Source: Bacteroidales bacterium
Lineage (GTDB): Bacteria; Bacteroidota; Bacteroidia; Bacteroidales; Marinilabiliaceae
Length of the DNA: 64,000 nt
Direction of reading: 5' to 3'
Assembly: GCA_024401365.1 (NCBI GenBank)
Contig: JAKSLE010000009.1
Location: 61,818-125,817, forward strand
The notes below the pieces were generated by a model, which saw only the letters and a program-made list of their open reading frames with translations, was not told the DNA's origin and searched no databases. Position 1 is the stretch's first letter. Every line of letters starts with the position of its first letter. Shown one piece after another: positions 62,367 through 64,000 of this stretch. A program made the position numbers and the translations under genes.

Positions 62367-63311
62367 TTAACACTCGCTATTGCGGAAATTCATCAATACG
62401 CTCTCGACCTCATTGATATCATCTGTCAATGTCAGCAATAGATTCTTGTATTTACCCTTTTTGACCAGATGGTCCAAGATAGAGAATATAGGCATCTCCT
62501 CGGTCCAGAAAGATTTACCCATGAATATCATAGGGCTACTAAATCCGTAGCTCAAGTAATGGTTCTGTGTTATTTCCTGGAATATCTCCTGAGTTGTTCC
62601 TGCGCTACCAGGGGTATAGACTATTCCACCGTAAGCGACAGTTAAGATAGTATCCTCTCGAATGCTGTTATCGAACAACTTAGCTATATGAGTAGCGAAA
62701 GGAGTAGAAGGCTCGTGGCCGTACAGCCAAGTAGGGATACTCAAGCTCCTGTATTCCGATTGAGGGAAGAGGTTGATTACATTAAAAGCCGAAGAGAGCC
62801 AATTAGGATCAGTAAAAGCAGGGGCGACAGACAACATACGCAGAGCCTCCTCCACGTCGTTCATTGATCGGCCAGCAAGCCAAGCGCCCAGGTGAGTTGC
62901 CTCCATTGCGCCAGGGCCGCCGCCACTTATCATAAGGCTGCCAGATTCGGTAAGTTGCTTACTTAATATGACCACGTCGCGGAAAGCGTCACTTGTGCGA
63001 GATATTCCGTGTCCGCCCATTATGCCCACCACTTTACGTTTTTCGTACTGATCGAGGAACTCGCACAGAGCCTGATATATTACGTGGTCGTGCAATACGC
63101 GAGCCAAGGCCTCCTCCTCAGATTCTGCGCGGCCCTTGCCAGTATTCATGTAGTGATCGTAGACCTGGATATCGAAACAAGTAGCCATACTCTCCGGCTC
63201 GCTAGGATTGAATCCGGCGTAGAGAGTCTGTGCTGAGTATAAGCCAGACGGCGCACATGAATATGGGCGATTGGAAAGAGCTGTTCGTAATTGATCAATC
63301 AAGGTTTGCAT
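62367..63311 (-). CDS. LOG-family (TIGR00730-like) nucleotide phosphoribohydrolase
   Basis: GGGPGAMEA and PGSAGTTQE motifs. Start moved to the internal ATG (MQTLIDQ). Confidence 0.65.
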   Translation of the reverse strand: MQTLIDQLRTALSNRPYSCAPSGLYSAQTLYAGFNPSEPESMATCFDIQVYDHYMNTGKGRAESEEEALARVLHDHVIYQALCEFLDQYEKRKVVGIMGGHGISRTSDAFRDVVILSKQLTESGSLMISGGGPGAMEATHLGAWLAGRSMNDVEEALRMLSVAPAFTDPNWLSSAFNVINLFPQSEYRSLSIPTWLYGHEPSTPFATHIAKLFDNSIREDTILTVAYGGIVYTPGSAGTTQEIFQEITQNHYLSYGFSSPMIFMGKSFWTEEMPIFSILDHLVKKGKYKNLLLTLTDDINEVESVLMNFRNSEC

Positions 63312-63348
63312 GACATAGGGACAATTGGTTCCTACCAAAGATATTGTT

Positions 63349-63807
63349 TTATTCCAAAAGTTGCAACAATTCCCCCACTGATTTATTCAAGACCTGATGT
63401 TGCCAATCGGCCCAATACTCCGCCACCGGTTCGAGGGCGAATCTACGCAAGTGCATCAATTTATGAGGGATAGTCAAGCGTTCAGTATCCACCACACGTG
63501 AGTCGCACAACAAGATATCGATATCGATAGTACGAGACTGGTACTGGCGGTTGACCGTTTTATGTTTTCGTCCCATCAAGCGTTCGATACGTTGCAATTC
63601 ATTCAGCAAAGAGATTGGCTCCATATCAGTTTCTATCTCCACAGCCATATTCTTGAAGCGTTCCACGGCATTGAATCCCCAAGGTTCAGATTCGAATATT
63701 GAAGACCTTTTGACGACGCTACATACAGCTGCGATGTGAGATATAGCATCATTCATTGTAGATGCCACATCTCCCAGATTTCCACCGAGTAAAAGGATAT
63801 ACCTCAT
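63349..63807 (-). CDS. folK: 2-amino-4-hydroxy-6-hydroxymethyldihydropteridine diphosphokinase
   Basis: ILLLGGNLGD start, RTIDIDIL and IPH motifs. Confidence 0.85.
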   Translation of the reverse strand: MRYILLLGGNLGDVASTMNDAISHIAAVCSVVKRSSIFESEPWGFNAVERFKNMAVEIETDMEPISLLNELQRIERLMGRKHKTVNRQYQSRTIDIDILLCDSRVVDTERLTIPHKLMHLRRFALEPVAEYWADWQHQVLNKSVGELLQLLE

Positions 63808-63808
63808 G

Positions 63809-64000
63809 TTATACTGTAGCTCTTAATGATTCAGGGTTCAGATGGAATTGGCGTATCTGCAAGTAGACCATTGTACCCGTTGTGAGGACCGACAAGAGGT
63901 CGCTTATTGGCATGCTCATCCAAACGCCATCTACGCCGAACCACATAGGCAAGAATGTCAGCAAAGGCACCAAGAATACCAGTTGTCGTGTGAGGGATAA
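63809..64000 (-). CDS. C-terminal end of a MATE-family efflux transporter (partial, runs off the window)
   Basis: Hand translation of the minus strand: ...FGVDGVWMSMPISDLLSVLTTGTMVYLQIRQFHLNPESLRATV stop (TAA complement at 63809-63811). Confidence 0.55.
   Translation of the reverse strand, partial: LSLTRQLVFLVPLLTFLPMWFGVDGVWMSMPISDLLSVLTTGTMVYLQIRQFHLNPESLRATV

Overview
This 64 kb window looks like a chromosomal segment from a Bacteroidota genome, probably Bacteroidales. The evidence is gene content (DUF2723, FISUMP-type lipoprotein, DUF4143 ATPases, the ftsX-DUF3098-uppP-truB-queA block) and TAnnTTTG-type -7 boxes. Most of it is housekeeping: trpB2-like, PhzF, desulfoferrodoxin, LysR, queD/queA, a polyprenyl synthase, GH2 beta-galactosidase, S41 protease, asd, uxuB/uxuA, bcp, folK, and a TPP-riboswitch-controlled thiG-thiC-(GT11)-thiH-thiE cluster. 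The main feature is an AT-richer accessory/defence island of about 14.6 kb (about 25.7-40.36 kb), lying between a duplicated polysaccharide-deacetylase paralog and lacZ. The island carries, in order: an AbiEi/AbiEii pair; a small basic ORF; a WYL-domain regulator; a RAYT-like HUH transposase gene with an internal 18-bp x3 tandem repeat and a perfect 22-bp palindrome; three iteron-like direct repeats at an exact 34-bp period; and a six-gene translationally coupled operon (30.8-40.1 kb). That operon combines an Ssp-type phosphorothioation writer (DUF4007/SspB-like, P-loop SspC-like, PAPS-reductase SspD-like; no linked cysteine desulfurase) with a three-gene effector arm: a small GIY-YIG-like protein, a DGQHR/DndB-like protein, and a DUF262+DUF1524 SspE-like protein. 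Other observations: a dispersed about 30-nt motif ending TTGCTCGCAGTTTTT that brackets small gene cassettes; G/A-rich intergenic tracts with GGGGTATT cores at island module junctions; a mosaic tandem duplication around a TlpA gene; a 54-aa Cys-rich ORF missing from the ORF track; a RelB-PIN-MazG cluster; an ADP-ribosylglycohydrolase pseudogene; and a perfect 32-bp tandem duplication. I saw no rRNA, tRNA or CRISPR array. All calls come from reading motifs by eye, with no database search.
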